A stretch of 64,000 nt of DNA from Candidatus Aenigmatarchaeota archaeon (lineage in GTDB: Archaea > Aenigmatarchaeota > Aenigmatarchaeia > GW2011-AR5 > JAHLMP01), in contig JAHLMP010000001.1 in NCBI GenBank assembly GCA_018920315.1, forward strand, positions 68,206 to 132,205, written 5' to 3'. A program made the position numbers and the translations under genes. The notes below the pieces were generated by a model that worked only from the letters and a program-made list of their open reading frames with translations, ran no database searches and was not told where the DNA came from. Shown here in pieces: positions 10,560 to 21,056 of this stretch (position 1 is the first letter of the stretch; each line of letters begins with the position of its first letter).

Positions 10560-11573
10560 ATGGGGGTTCAGCTTAGAGATATTTTAGAAGCAAAGGAAGT
10601 TGATTTGGAAACATTAAAAGGAAGGATAATAGCGATAGATGCGTTCAATTGGCTTTACCAATTTCTCTCTTCTATTCGGCAAATTGATGGCACGCCTCTG
10701 ATGGATATAAAAGGAAGAATTACTTCTCATCTTTCCGGTATTTTTTATAGAACCGCAAACCTGCTAGAAGCCGGAATAAAACCTGTATATGTTTTTGATG
10801 GAGAGAAGCCAAAATTCAAAAAATATACTATAGAGAAAAGAAAAGAAATTAGGGAAGAAGCTAAAGAAAAATGGGAAGAAGCGTTAGAAAGAGGGGATGT
10901 TGAAGAAGCTAAAAAAATGGCGCAAAGAAGCGGAGAACTTAATGAGGAGATGATAGAAGAAAGCAAAGAGCTTATAAAGGCGATGGGAATCCCAACAATT
11001 CAGGCAAAAAGCGAAGGCGAGGCCCAATGCGCAATAATGTGTAAAAATGGTGACGTCAACTTCTCTGCAAGTCAAGACTTTGATTCCTTGCTCTTTGGCT
11101 CTCCTAAAATGATTAGAAATCTCAATATTACGGGAAAAAGAAAGGTTGGTGGAAGAGAAGTTAAGATTTCTCCGGAGATTATTGATTTGGAAGAAAATCT
11201 AAATAGATTAGGAATTAAAAGAGAGCAATTAATAATTATAGGAATATTAGTTGGAACTGATTATAATCCAGGAGGTATTAAAGGAATAGGTCCTAAAAAA
11301 GCATTGGAGCTTGTAAAAAGGTATAGAAGCTTAGAAGATGTCATGAGGCATATTGATTGGGAATTTGAAATAGATTATAAAGAGATATATGAATTCTTCT
11401 TAAACCCAGATTATAATGAATATAAAGATAAATTGGCTTTCAAGCAAATAGATGTAGAAAAGATAAAGAAGATACTTTGCGATGAGCATGATTTTTCAGA
11501 AGAAAGAGTAAATCAGGTCTTAGAAAGATTAAAAGCTCCATCGCAGCCATCGCTTACATCATGGTTTAGATAG
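10560..11573 (+). CDS. fen: flap endonuclease 1
   Basis: MGVQLRDIL...[14 protein letters not shown]...SEGEAQCA...QDFDSLLFG...[17 protein letters not shown], with a C-terminal PIP-like QPSLTSWF. Confidence 0.95.
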   Translation: MGVQLRDILEAKEVDLETLKGRIIAIDAFNWLYQFLSSIRQIDGTPLMDIKGRITSHLSGIFYRTANLLEAGIKPVYVFDGEKPKFKKYTIEKRKEIREEAKEKWEEALERGDVEEAKKMAQRSGELNEEMIEESKELIKAMGIPTIQAKSEGEAQCAIMCKNGDVNFSASQDFDSLLFGSPKMIRNLNITGKRKVGGREVKISPEIIDLEENLNRLGIKREQLIIIGILVGTDYNPGGIKGIGPKKALELVKRYRSLEDVMRHIDWEFEIDYKEIYEFFLNPDYNEYKDKLAFKQIDVEKIKKILCDEHDFSEERVNQVLERLKAPSQPSLTSWFR

Positions 11574-11639
11574 ATTTAGTTTTCGAGATATTAAATTTTT
11601 AAGAAAGATTTTATATCGTTTTCCTTAAATGATGATGCT

Positions 11640-12656
11640 ATGAGAATGATTAGTGATCTTAATAAGAAGAAGATAAATAGAAAAATTGTTGCTTTGGGTA
11701 TAGTTTCTGGTGGATTAGATAGCTTATTAGCGACTTTGTTGTTAATAAATCAAGGAATAAAAGTAAAATGGATTCATTTTATATCACCTTTTTTTGATAA
11801 TTCAGAGATATGCAAAAAATTTGCTAAGGATTTTGGAATAGATATTAAAATTGTAAATCTTGGAAAAAAATATATAAAAATGTTAATAAACCCAAAATAT
11901 GGATATGGAAAAGCAATGAATCCTTGTATTGATTGCCATATTATGATGTTTAGAGAAGCTAAAAAATATGCAAAAAAGATTAAAGCAGATTTTATATTTA
12001 CTGGCGAGGTATTAGATGAAAGACCTTTTTCTCAAAGTAGAAAAGCTTTGGAGATAATAGAAAAGGAAGCTGGGTTAGAAGGAAAGATAGTTCGCCCGCT
12101 TTCAGCGAAACTTCTTCCAATTAGTGAAGCAGAATTAAAAGGATTAATAGATAGAGAAAAACTATTGGGAATAAAGGGAAGAAAGAGAAGTTTGCAAATA
12201 AAACTAGCAAAAGAATTTAGAATAAAGGACTATCCTCATCCTGCTGGAGGTTGTGTATTAACAGAAAAAGAATTTTCGGCGAAATTAGAAGATTTGTTAA
12301 GATCTAAAGGAGAAAATGTTAGCGAAGATGATATAAAACTTCTAAAAATAGGTCGCCATTTCGGATTTGAAAAATGGAAGATAATTGTTGGAAGAAATAA
12401 TGAGGAAAATGAAATTTTGAAAAAGATGAAAGGAATAAAACTTTATGTTCCAAACTATGGAAGCCCGATAACACTTTTGGAAAGCAGAGCTAGCAAAGAA
12501 GCAATTATAAAAGCAGCAGAAATAACAGCAAGATATTCTGACGCAAAAAATGAAAAAAATGTTCTAGTAAAATATAAGATTGGAAGGATAGAAAAAGAGA
12601 TTATAGTAGAACCAATGAAGCAAGAGGAGATAGAAAGATTAAGAATAAAATGGTAG
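11640..12656 (+). CDS. PP-loop ATP pyrophosphatase, ThiI/tRNA-thiolation-like (no THUMP seen)
   Basis: A SGGLDS PP-loop motif near the N-terminus and a CIDCH motif; 338 aa. Confidence 0.55.
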   Translation: MRMISDLNKKKINRKIVALGIVSGGLDSLLATLLLINQGIKVKWIHFISPFFDNSEICKKFAKDFGIDIKIVNLGKKYIKMLINPKYGYGKAMNPCIDCHIMMFREAKKYAKKIKADFIFTGEVLDERPFSQSRKALEIIEKEAGLEGKIVRPLSAKLLPISEAELKGLIDREKLLGIKGRKRSLQIKLAKEFRIKDYPHPAGGCVLTEKEFSAKLEDLLRSKGENVSEDDIKLLKIGRHFGFEKWKIIVGRNNEENEILKKMKGIKLYVPNYGSPITLLESRASKEAIIKAAEITARYSDAKNEKNVLVKYKIGRIEKEIIVEPMKQEEIERLRIKW

Positions 12657-12674
12657 TTGCATGGTGCTTTTATA

Positions 12675-12968
12675 ATGCTAAGATGCGAAAGATTTTATAA
12701 ATTACTTCCTAGTATAAGAGCAATGATAGCAAAAGAGCTTGTAATAAATCATGGTTTTTCTCAGGAAGAAGTAGCTAGAATTATGAACGTTACTCAAGGA
12801 GCTATATCACAATATATAAGAAGAAAAAGAGGAATAAAATTTGAAGAAAACAAAATTATAAGCAAGCTAATTAAAGAATTTTGCGAGAATTTGAAAAAAG
12901 GCAGCAACTTTGATGAAGAACTTTGCAAGCTTTGTACGAAGATAAATCAAGAGATTTTATCTTTATAA
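12675..12968 (+). CDS. small HTH transcriptional regulator (COG2522-like)
   Basis: EEVARIMNVTQGAISQYIRRKRG is a helix-turn-helix signature. The track start at 12657 is TTG, so I prefer the ATG at 12675. Confidence 0.5.
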   Translation: MLRCERFYKLLPSIRAMIAKELVINHGFSQEEVARIMNVTQGAISQYIRRKRGIKFEENKIISKLIKEFCENLKKGSNFDEELCKLCTKINQEILSL

Positions 12969-13005
12969 TTAAAGAATTGTATTATAACTTTTGTTTATCC
13001 CCAAT

Positions 13006-13158
13006 TTATTTTCCTATTATCACTTCATTTTTTCCTCTAAACACTGTACCAATCTTTGTTTTTTCTGGCCTATAGCCGCTTTGCAAGAGAAAAACCTCTC
13101 TGCTAATTTTCACTACCCTTCTTTTTTTCTTTTCTTTGCCTGATTTCTTTTCGATCAT
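13006..13158 (-). CDS. 50-aa basic small ORF (below track cutoff), function unknown
   Basis: An ATG...TAA ORF found by hand: MIEKKSGKEKKKRRVVKISREVFLLQSGYRPEKTKIGTVFRGKNEVIIGK. It fills an otherwise empty 250-nt gap. There is a weak resemblance to the first half of the Gar1 beta-barrel, which I have not verified. Confidence 0.25.
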   Translation of the reverse strand: MIEKKSGKEKKKRRVVKISREVFLLQSGYRPEKTKIGTVFRGKNEVIIGK

Positions 13159-13215
13159 CATAAAATAAATAATACATAAAAACAAATTTAATAACTTAAA
13201 TAAAATGATGAGTTT

Positions 13216-14109
13216 ATGGATAAAGAAATTTTAGAAAAATATATAAAAGCTGGGAGAATTGCGGCAAAGGTAAGAGATGAATGTAAATCTCTTGTTAAGC
13301 CAGGAAAAAATATACTAGAGATTGCAGAAGAAATAGAAAGAAGAATAACAGAGCTTGGCGGAGAGCTTGCATTCCCTGTTAATATAGGAATAAATAATAT
13401 AGCGGCTCATTATACACCAGAAAAGGGAGAAGATATTTTATTGAGAGAAGGTGATATAGTTAAGATAGATATTGGGGCTCATGTCGATGGCTATATAGGC
13501 GATACTGCAATAACAATTTCTTTAGGCGAATATGAAGATCTATTAGAAGCTTCTAGAAAAGCTTTAAATGAAGCAATAAAGCTCTTAAAACCTGGGATAA
13601 AAACAAATGAAATCGCAGAAACAATTCAAAAAACAATCGAAAGCTTTGGGTTTAGAGTTATAAGTAATTTGACTGGTCATGGATTAGAAAGGTTTAATAT
13701 TCACGCAGATCCACAGATTCCTAATGTAATAACATCAAATAACTATATGCTTAAAGAAGATGATGTCATAGCAATAGAGCCTTTTGCGACTACTGGGATA
13801 GGCTTTGTAAAAGATTTAGACGAAGCGAGAATATTTTCTGTTTTAATTGATAAGCGCAATATGCTAAGAAGCATGGAAGCAAGAGAGATTTATTCTTTTG
13901 GAATTAAAAGAAATGGATTGCCGTTCACATCAAGATGGCTTGAGCTATCGAAGATTAAATTTAGGTTGGGAATAAAAGAACTAAAAATGAAGGATATGAT
14001 TTATCCTTATTACATTCTTGCAGAGAAAGAGGAAGCAATGGTTGCACAATTTGAGCATACCATAATAATAAAAGATAAGCCAATTGTCACAACAATATAC
14101 GATGAATAA
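13216..14109 (+). CDS. map: methionine aminopeptidase, type 2 (archaeal)
   Basis: 297 aa with the pita-bread fold metal ligand pattern (AHYTP, DIGAHVDGYIGD, HGL, EPF, QFEHT). Confidence 0.92.
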   Translation: MDKEILEKYIKAGRIAAKVRDECKSLVKPGKNILEIAEEIERRITELGGELAFPVNIGINNIAAHYTPEKGEDILLREGDIVKIDIGAHVDGYIGDTAITISLGEYEDLLEASRKALNEAIKLLKPGIKTNEIAETIQKTIESFGFRVISNLTGHGLERFNIHADPQIPNVITSNNYMLKEDDVIAIEPFATTGIGFVKDLDEARIFSVLIDKRNMLRSMEAREIYSFGIKRNGLPFTSRWLELSKIKFRLGIKELKMKDMIYPYYILAEKEEAMVAQFEHTIIIKDKPIVTTIYDE

Positions 14110-14157
14110 ACTTATTTGATTTTAATTTAAAATAAGAGAAGAATTAAATTATATTTA

Positions 14158-14448
14158 ATGAAAAGATCAAAAATTGTAGAAAGTAAAGGTATTTCGCAGA
14201 TAATATTTCCTGCCTCAATTTTTATTATCTCTTTCACTATTCAAATAATCTTCTCTTTCTTTTTTGAAGAAATCGAACTTACAGAGAATGTCTTTTATTT
14301 TTCTGTACTAATATTATTTTTCACTTCTTTTATTCAATATAGAAAAGAAAAAGAGGAGAATAAATTTCATTACATAATTTCATATTGGATTGTTGCGATA
14401 ATATTTCTTGCTAATTTTTTATTTAAAGTTATGTGGTATTTTATATAA
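14158..14448 (+). CDS. small membrane protein, unknown function
   Basis: A 96-aa ORF with 3 hydrophobic segments and no recognisable motif. Confidence 0.4.
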   Translation: MKRSKIVESKGISQIIFPASIFIISFTIQIIFSFFFEEIELTENVFYFSVLILFFTSFIQYRKEKEENKFHYIISYWIVAIIFLANFLFKVMWYFI

Positions 14449-14524
14449 ATTGAATTGAGATTGATAATTATACACAAACATTGAGAAAGAAATCTTTAAA
14501 TCATGAAAATTACAAATTTAAAAT

Positions 14525-15526
14525 ATGAAAAATCTTAGAGTAGCTATAAATGGATTTGGAAGGATAGGGAGAGTTTTCTTAAGGGCTGCTTTAAGAAATA
14601 AAATCAACGTAGTAGCAGTCAATAGTACAGTAGATGCAAAAACAAGTGCACATTTATTTAAATGGGACTCTGTTTATGGAAAATTTGAAAAAGAGGTTAA
14701 AGCAGAGGACGATAAAATAATAATAGGAGATAAAGAAATTAAAGTAGTAAGTGATAGAAACCCAGAAAATCTTCCTTGGAAAAAACTTGATATAGATGTA
14801 GTAATAGAATCTACAGGGGTTTTCACTAATCGCGAAGATGCGGAAAAGCATATAAAAGCTGGAGCAAAAAAAGTGATAATTTCGGCTCCAGCAACTAATC
14901 CAGATGTAACAATAGTTCCTGGAGTTAATGATAATTGGCTAAAAAAAGAGCATAAAATAATATCAACTGCATCTTGCACAACAAATTGCTTAGCACCAAT
15001 AGCAAAAATTCTTCATGAAAACTTTATTATCAAAAAAGGTTTTATGAGTACTGTCCATGCATATACTAATGATCAACGCGTACTTGATGGGACTCATAAA
15101 GATTTAAGAAGAGCTCGTGCATGCGCTTTGTCGATAATACCAACTACAACAGGGGCAACGAAATCTGTTGCAGAGGTTATTCCAGAATTGAAAGGAAAGC
15201 TAAACGGCTTGGCCTTGCGAGTACCTGTTGCAGATGGCTCTATTGTTGACTTTGTTGCAGAAGTAGAGAAAAAAACTACCATAGAAGAGATAAATAAATT
15301 ATTTAAAGAGGTCTCTAAAGGAAAGATGAAAGGAATAATAGAATATACAGAAGAGCCAATAGTATCGCAAGATATAATAGGAAATCCTCATTCAGCTATT
15401 TTCGATGCATTATCTACAATGGTACTTGATGGAAACTTCATCAAAGTGTTTGCATGGTACGACAATGAGTATGGCTATTGTTGCAGAATGGTAGATGTTA
15501 TAAAAATGATTGAAAAAATGAAGTAA
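14525..15526 (+). CDS. gap: glyceraldehyde-3-phosphate dehydrogenase, class I (bacterial/eukaryal type)
   Basis: INGFGRIGR Rossmann motif, active-site SCTTNCLAP, and WYDNEYGY near the C-terminus. Confidence 0.93.
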   Translation: MKNLRVAINGFGRIGRVFLRAALRNKINVVAVNSTVDAKTSAHLFKWDSVYGKFEKEVKAEDDKIIIGDKEIKVVSDRNPENLPWKKLDIDVVIESTGVFTNREDAEKHIKAGAKKVIISAPATNPDVTIVPGVNDNWLKKEHKIISTASCTTNCLAPIAKILHENFIIKKGFMSTVHAYTNDQRVLDGTHKDLRRARACALSIIPTTTGATKSVAEVIPELKGKLNGLALRVPVADGSIVDFVAEVEKKTTIEEINKLFKEVSKGKMKGIIEYTEEPIVSQDIIGNPHSAIFDALSTMVLDGNFIKVFAWYDNEYGYCCRMVDVIKMIEKMK

Positions 15527-15614
15527 ATAACTTTTTATTTATTTTTTATTTTTATATGAAAATTCTTGTCTAAACTCTTAATTCTCGATTTTTGAAAAAC
15601 TTTAAAATAAGAAA

Positions 15615-16451
15615 ATGAAAATAATAATTGAGGGGAAGATGAAAAAGACCTTAAAGAAAAAGGTTGAGAAAAAGAAGATTAAAGAAGATGAAAAGAAAAT
15701 TGTTGAAACTAAAGTTATTGAAAATGGTATAGAAAGAATTTCTACAGGAATTGAAGGGTTGGATGAAATAATAGAAGGCGGATATCCAAAGAATTCTGTA
15801 ATCCTTGTTTCAGGTGGCCCAGGAACTGGAAAAACGCTTTTTTGTTTGCAATATCTTTACAATGGTGCAAAAAATGGAGAGTTTGGAATTTATTTAACTT
15901 TTGAAGAAGAGCCAAAAGATTTGAAAGATGCTGCAAAAAGGGTTGGAATAGATCTCGAAGCTACAAACAAAGTTAAAATCATTAAAATAGAAAATATCGT
16001 AGACGTTCCACAAATAATAAAAATATTGGAAGAAGAAATCAAGAAAAATGATGCAAAAAGATTAGTAATAGATTCTATTTCCTCCCTCGAAATCTTAGCT
16101 TCAACATTTCCTTCGGTAGGATTAGATGTATCGCCAATTAAACTAAAAGAAGGGTATGTAATAACTCCTCAAAAAGAAGCAATTATCAGAAAATTCCTTT
16201 ATAATCTAGTAAAATATCTACGCTCTCTAAAAGTTACTACAATTCTCACCTCCGAAGCGCAGAATGAAAAATACTCAAGATCTGGAGTAATAGAATTCAT
16301 TGCAGATGGAGTAATAAAATTAAGTGCAGAAGCTGTAGGTAATGTTTTAGAAAGAAATTTGTTTGTAGTGAAAATGAGAAAAACAAAGATAGAAGGAGGA
16401 TCATATAGAATTTCAATCGAGAAAGGAGGAATCAGAATCGTAGAGCGCTAA
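15615..16451 (+). CDS. KaiC/RadA-like RecA-superfamily ATPase
   Basis: ISTGIEGLDEIIEGGYPKNSVILVSGGPGTGKTLFCLQYL (Walker A) and a single KaiC-like domain, with a Lys-rich N-terminal tail. Confidence 0.8.
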   Translation: MKIIIEGKMKKTLKKKVEKKKIKEDEKKIVETKVIENGIERISTGIEGLDEIIEGGYPKNSVILVSGGPGTGKTLFCLQYLYNGAKNGEFGIYLTFEEEPKDLKDAAKRVGIDLEATNKVKIIKIENIVDVPQIIKILEEEIKKNDAKRLVIDSISSLEILASTFPSVGLDVSPIKLKEGYVITPQKEAIIRKFLYNLVKYLRSLKVTTILTSEAQNEKYSRSGVIEFIADGVIKLSAEAVGNVLERNLFVVKMRKTKIEGGSYRISIEKGGIRIVER

Positions 16452-16544
16452 TAGATTAAAATATTTCAGAGATTAATTTTGACGAAAAGCTCCGAAAAAG
16501 TTTTCCAAAAGGTCGATGTCGATTCCCCTCATCTTTATTCTTAT

Positions 16545-17243
16545 CTATTTCTCAGTTAGATAGAGAATGAAATCTCTACCTCTTATGTCTTTTACTATCT
16601 TTTTAAGTTTAACATCTCTATCCGTAAATCCAGATATTATACCAGAAAGCATCCCGCGAAACATCGTGAAATCTATATCTTTATACCATTCAAGCCATGG
16701 AAAATATTTTACGAAAATTTCATATCTTCCTTCTTTTCTAGAAGCTAATATGTCTCCAAAGCCCAAAGCAGGAAAGAAGTCCATAATAAACTTGCAAGGT
16801 TCTTGTTTTCCAGAAATTTCAGCCAATCTCTTACCAAAACCAAAACTGCAATCCCAAAGAATTTTTAAACCATTTTTAATCTTTTTCAATTCTTTCTCTA
16901 GAATATACATAAAGCTTGCCTCGCATAGAAAGAAGCGTTCGCGATGATAAGTAACTTGTCCATGCTTATAATCAAAGAAGCCAGCATCTATCAAAGACTT
17001 TAAGCTATTTCTTGCCCAGCTTGTTGGTCGAATCTCGTTAAAGATTTTATACTCTCGAGAAAGCTCAGCTTTTTCTAATTTTCTACATCTTATTGGCTTA
17101 TATCCCATTTTCACAAGCATCTTGTAAGGAGCTGCGATCACTTCGCACTCTTTATCTCCTCTACCTTGGCACTTGATTTGAATTGCTTCTATGCTTTGAT
17201 CTTCACAAGCATAAGCCCAGATGCCTGTTATATATCCTTTCAA
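16545..17243 (-). CDS. hypothetical protein with V4R-like Cys motif at N-terminus
   Basis: The N-terminal GYITGIWAYACEDQSIEAIQIKCQGRGDKECEVIAA resembles the end of a V4R domain. The rest is unassigned. Confidence 0.4.
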   Translation of the reverse strand: MKGYITGIWAYACEDQSIEAIQIKCQGRGDKECEVIAAPYKMLVKMGYKPIRCRKLEKAELSREYKIFNEIRPTSWARNSLKSLIDAGFFDYKHGQVTYHRERFFLCEASFMYILEKELKKIKNGLKILWDCSFGFGKRLAEISGKQEPCKFIMDFFPALGFGDILASRKEGRYEIFVKYFPWLEWYKDIDFTMFRGMLSGIISGFTDRDVKLKKIVKDIRGRDFILYLTEK

Positions 17244-17276
17244 TTAACATCCTATACCAAATTTAAATAATAAGAA

Positions 17277-18746
17277 TTATTTCATCATTCTTATCATATC
17301 GCAAAGCTCTGAAATTTTAACTCTTATTTGCTCTGTAGTATCACGATTTCTTATTGTTACTGTATTATCTTCTAATGTTTTATGATCAATAGTAATGCAG
17401 AAAGGAACGCCTATCTCATCTGCTCTTGCGTAACGCTTTCCTATGCTTCCTGACTCGTCATAAAAACAATCAAATTCCTTTCTCAACATCTCAAAAACTT
17501 CTCTTGCTTTTTCTGATAGTCCATCTCTAGCTATCAATGGAAAAACACCTAAAGTATATGGAGCAATTCTCGGTGAGAAAGAGAAATAATCCCAACCTCT
17601 TTGTGGATCAATTCTATATGCATGGAGCATGACGCAAAATAGAGTTCGATCTATTCCTTGAGAAATTTCCCAAACATGAGGAATAAGCTTTTCTTTTGTT
17701 TTCTCGTCATAAATACTCAAATCCTTTCCACTAAATTTTGAATGAGAGCTTAGATCATAAGAGCCACGATAATGATTTGCAACGATTTCAACCCAACCTA
17801 ATGCGGTAGCGATCTCGCAATCAAATGCATATGTTGCATAGAACGGCTTTTCATCTTCTTCCTGTTCTCGAAATCTTATAGAATTTAAAGGAATTCCTAG
17901 GGTATTTAAAAATTGTTGAAGTTTTCCAAGATAATATGCAACAAGCTCGTGTTCTACTATTCCATTTTCGATAAGCTCTTCAAGACTTAAAGCTTCAACT
18001 TTTTCAGAACCTTTGAGTAAAACATTTATTTTATAATCCTTCATCTTCTCAAATTTAGGAAATTCCTTTTCCTTTGGATTTAAAAATATTTCTAACTCGG
18101 CTTGCGTAAATTCTCTTTGCCTTAGCAAAGCGTTTCTCGGAGAGATTTCGTTTCTAAAAGATCTTCCTATTTGCGCTATACCAAAAGGAAGCTTTGCTCG
18201 CATCGCTCTAAAAACTTGTAAAAAATCTACAAATATCGCTTGACACGTTTCTGGTCTCAGATAAGCTATCTCGCTATCCTCTGTTGGTCCTACATTTAGC
18301 TTGAACATCATATTAAAGAATCTAGTTTTCGATAATTCGCCGCTACAAGAAGGGCATTTTATATTCTCTTTATCTATAATTCTGTCAAACTCTTCTAAGC
18401 TTGTTCTCTCTGGCACAAAAACTCCTTTTTTCTCTTGTATCAATTTATCTGCTCTATAAAAACTATTGCATTTCTTGCATTGTACTATAGGATCAGAAAA
18501 ACCTTTTACATGACCAGAAGCGATAAAAACCTTTTCTGGCATTATATTACTACCTTCTATCTCAAAGAATCCTTCATCTTTAATGAAGCATCTTCTCCAC
18601 TCTTCTTCAATCTTCTTTTTTAACAAAACACCTAATGGCCCGTAATCCCAAAAACCAGCGATAGGCTTATAAATTTCAGCGCTTTGATAGAAAAATCCTC
18701 TTCTCTTTGCAATTGATATGATGTTATCTACTATATCATTGCTCAT
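17277..18746 (-). CDS. glyS: glycyl-tRNA synthetase (archaeal/eukaryal class II type)
   Basis: IAKRRGFFYQSAEIYKPIAGFWDYGPLG, FRNEISPR (motif 2), and a C-terminal anticodon-binding domain; 489 aa. Confidence 0.9.
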   Translation of the reverse strand: MSNDIVDNIISIAKRRGFFYQSAEIYKPIAGFWDYGPLGVLLKKKIEEEWRRCFIKDEGFFEIEGSNIMPEKVFIASGHVKGFSDPIVQCKKCNSFYRADKLIQEKKGVFVPERTSLEEFDRIIDKENIKCPSCSGELSKTRFFNMMFKLNVGPTEDSEIAYLRPETCQAIFVDFLQVFRAMRAKLPFGIAQIGRSFRNEISPRNALLRQREFTQAELEIFLNPKEKEFPKFEKMKDYKINVLLKGSEKVEALSLEELIENGIVEHELVAYYLGKLQQFLNTLGIPLNSIRFREQEEDEKPFYATYAFDCEIATALGWVEIVANHYRGSYDLSSHSKFSGKDLSIYDEKTKEKLIPHVWEISQGIDRTLFCVMLHAYRIDPQRGWDYFSFSPRIAPYTLGVFPLIARDGLSEKAREVFEMLRKEFDCFYDESGSIGKRYARADEIGVPFCITIDHKTLEDNTVTIRNRDTTEQIRVKISELCDMIRMMK

Positions 18747-18849
18747 AATAGCAAAAATAATTAATTAAATTTAAAAAAGGTTAAGAAAAGCATAAAGAAA
18801 TTTTTAAATAAGCAAATTAAAAGATTTAGAACAACAATTTTGTAGATTT

Positions 18850-19095
18850 CTACTCTATCTTAAATACTTCATCTCCTTCTCTAACTCTTTCTACAACCTT
18901 CAATCCTACAGAATCTCCTTTGCTAGCTTTTTCCACTTGTTCATGCTCTATTTGCATCGACTCTACAATTTGCTTAAAATTTGTTGTCTTACCTTTTATC
19001 AAAATCTCATCTCCAACTTTAATTTCATCTAAAACCTCTACTACTGCTACGCTTATCTTTGGATAGAAATGTGTTACCTTTCCAACAAGTTTCAT
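18850..19095 (-). CDS. EF-Tu domain-2-like beta-barrel protein
   Basis: 81 aa; ...VGDEILIKG...ASKGDSVGLKV...VREGDEVFK is the translation-factor domain II pattern. Confidence 0.55.
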   Translation of the reverse strand: MKLVGKVTHFYPKISVAVVEVLDEIKVGDEILIKGKTTNFKQIVESMQIEHEQVEKASKGDSVGLKVVERVREGDEVFKIE

Positions 19096-19352
19096 TATAT
19101 CACCTTAATAATTATTTGACTTTTGAATTTAAAAATGCTTTTTTCGGTTTATAGTTGCTCTCTGAATAATATTTCTAAAGCATTTCAACATATTTTACTT
19201 TTTGGTTTTTATCTCGCATCGATTTTCTTCATTCTAGAAAGTTATAATAGAACTTAAAAGATATATATAAGCTATTGATTAAGCTGGCATTTTCATATAA
19301 TTAAATTTACCTGCTCATTTCTTATTCAAGCAGAATCCTACATATGATATAA

Positions 19353-20432
19353 TTATAAAAGGTCTACTCCTCTTTTTCTTTCAAAATTTTCTAATCTCTC
19401 TTCTAGTGCGTGCGCAATTAATGGTAATGCTATGGTAGCATCGCAATACACTTGGACAAAGTTTCCTGTTGCGCTTATCTTTCCCCAACTAATTGCCTCT
19501 TCAAAAGTACAACCACTTAAACCTCCAAATTGGGGAGTATCTGTAGTTATTTGTACTGCATACTTATGAGGATAATGCGTTTCTATTATCTTATCTTTTT
19601 CTACTACTTTCATTCCTTTATTTTTTCCCGGTACTTTTCTATCTGGATATAATAAATTAGAAGTCACTGCAAATAATTGGATAAAATCCTTTGGAACCCC
19701 TCCCCCAATGTATATTACTCCACTTTCTTTAATCTTTTCTGAAATTCTCATGAATTCAACATAATCCTTTGCTTCATCTATTACAATATTGAAGCCCTTA
19801 CTTTTTGCAATTAGAATTGCGTCTCCATAAGGACTATCTATCAGTGCAGGACAAAATACTGGCACGCGATTTCTCGCGGCAGCTGTTACTATTGATTCTA
19901 TTCCTCTTTTCTCGAGCCATTTTCCAAACAAATATAGAATTTCTTTTGATGAATAGCAATAGCCTTCTTTTAGTTCTTTCATATAAAAGTCTGCAATAAG
20001 CTCTGTCATTTTCATATAATCTGATTCTTTAACAAAAACATCGTAATATCTATTTATGCTAAACTTGCATAGTATTCTGTCGTCTATCTTTTCACTTCCT
20101 TGCCAATACCCGAAACCCATTGCATCTACGATATCCTCAGAAATATTTGCTCCGGTAGGTACTAAAACATCAATAAAATTTCTTTCTATAAACCATTTTA
20201 TTATCTTCCACTGTCCTGTTGTTGATAGAGAACCTGTATATCCGAGAAATATAGTTACCTCTTTATCTCTAATCATTTTTTCTATAATATCAACTGCGAT
20301 TCCAAGTCTTTTACCCTGAAATCCTGTATTACTCATCTCCCTAAGAAGTTTTGATATTCGCTTATCCTTTTCAACTTCTATTGCCTCTACCTTTTTCACA
20401 AGCAAATCTCTAATTGAAATTTTCTTGTTCAT
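19353..20432 (-). CDS. dys: deoxyhypusine synthase-like
   Basis: 359 aa; GYTGSLSTTG and IGGGVPKDF motifs and overall DHS layout. Confidence 0.75.
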   Translation of the reverse strand: MNKKISIRDLLVKKVEAIEVEKDKRISKLLREMSNTGFQGKRLGIAVDIIEKMIRDKEVTIFLGYTGSLSTTGQWKIIKWFIERNFIDVLVPTGANISEDIVDAMGFGYWQGSEKIDDRILCKFSINRYYDVFVKESDYMKMTELIADFYMKELKEGYCYSSKEILYLFGKWLEKRGIESIVTAAARNRVPVFCPALIDSPYGDAILIAKSKGFNIVIDEAKDYVEFMRISEKIKESGVIYIGGGVPKDFIQLFAVTSNLLYPDRKVPGKNKGMKVVEKDKIIETHYPHKYAVQITTDTPQFGGLSGCTFEEAISWGKISATGNFVQVYCDATIALPLIAHALEERLENFERKRGVDLL

Positions 20433-20549
20433 AAATTGAAATTAGAGCAGCTTTAATTTAAAATTTATAAAGATATTATTGAAGAATATTACAATCGTTT
20501 GAGAAATACTCTTACAAAAAAATTCGACAATAAAAAACTCAAAACTAAA

Positions 20550-21005
20550 CTATAACTTAACTTTTGATAATTTTTCAACATATCTTTGCAATTTGTTTAA
20601 TTCATTTTCAAGTGCATTGAGAATTCTTTTTGTTTTTTCTTCTTTTACTACATTTTTATAATTTTCAAATTCTTTCATCACTTCTTTAACCTCACGCTCT
20701 ATTTTCAGAATAACTATCTTCTTTAATGCAGAAAGTAAATCCCCTTCTAGCTTTACATAAATTTTTCTATCTCCGCTCTTTTTGAATTTTCTAACAACCC
20801 CGAGAAGTTCGAGAAAATCAATCGACAAAGAAATAGATCCTAAAGAATAATTTGTCTTCTTACTTATTTCTTGTAGTGATAAAGGTCTTTTCTCAGCTAA
20901 AAGAGAAGCAAGTATTCTTCCATGAACCTCTGAATAACCCAAAGAGCTTGTAGCTCTTGCAAATATAGAATAAATCTTTTTCTCTATTTCTTGCTGGGAT
21001 GACAT
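20550..21005 (-). CDS. winged-helix transcriptional regulator (GbsR/MarR-like)
   Basis: HGRILASLLAEKRPLSLQEISKKTNYSLGSISLSIDFLELLGVVRK is a wHTH pattern. It is divergent from the radical-SAM gene. Confidence 0.55.
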   Translation of the reverse strand: MSSQQEIEKKIYSIFARATSSLGYSEVHGRILASLLAEKRPLSLQEISKKTNYSLGSISLSIDFLELLGVVRKFKKSGDRKIYVKLEGDLLSALKKIVILKIEREVKEVMKEFENYKNVVKEEKTKRILNALENELNKLQRYVEKLSKVKL

Positions 21006-21056
21006 AAAATAAAGATAAAAATAAACTTTTTAAATTTTTAAAAAGTATTAAAAGTT

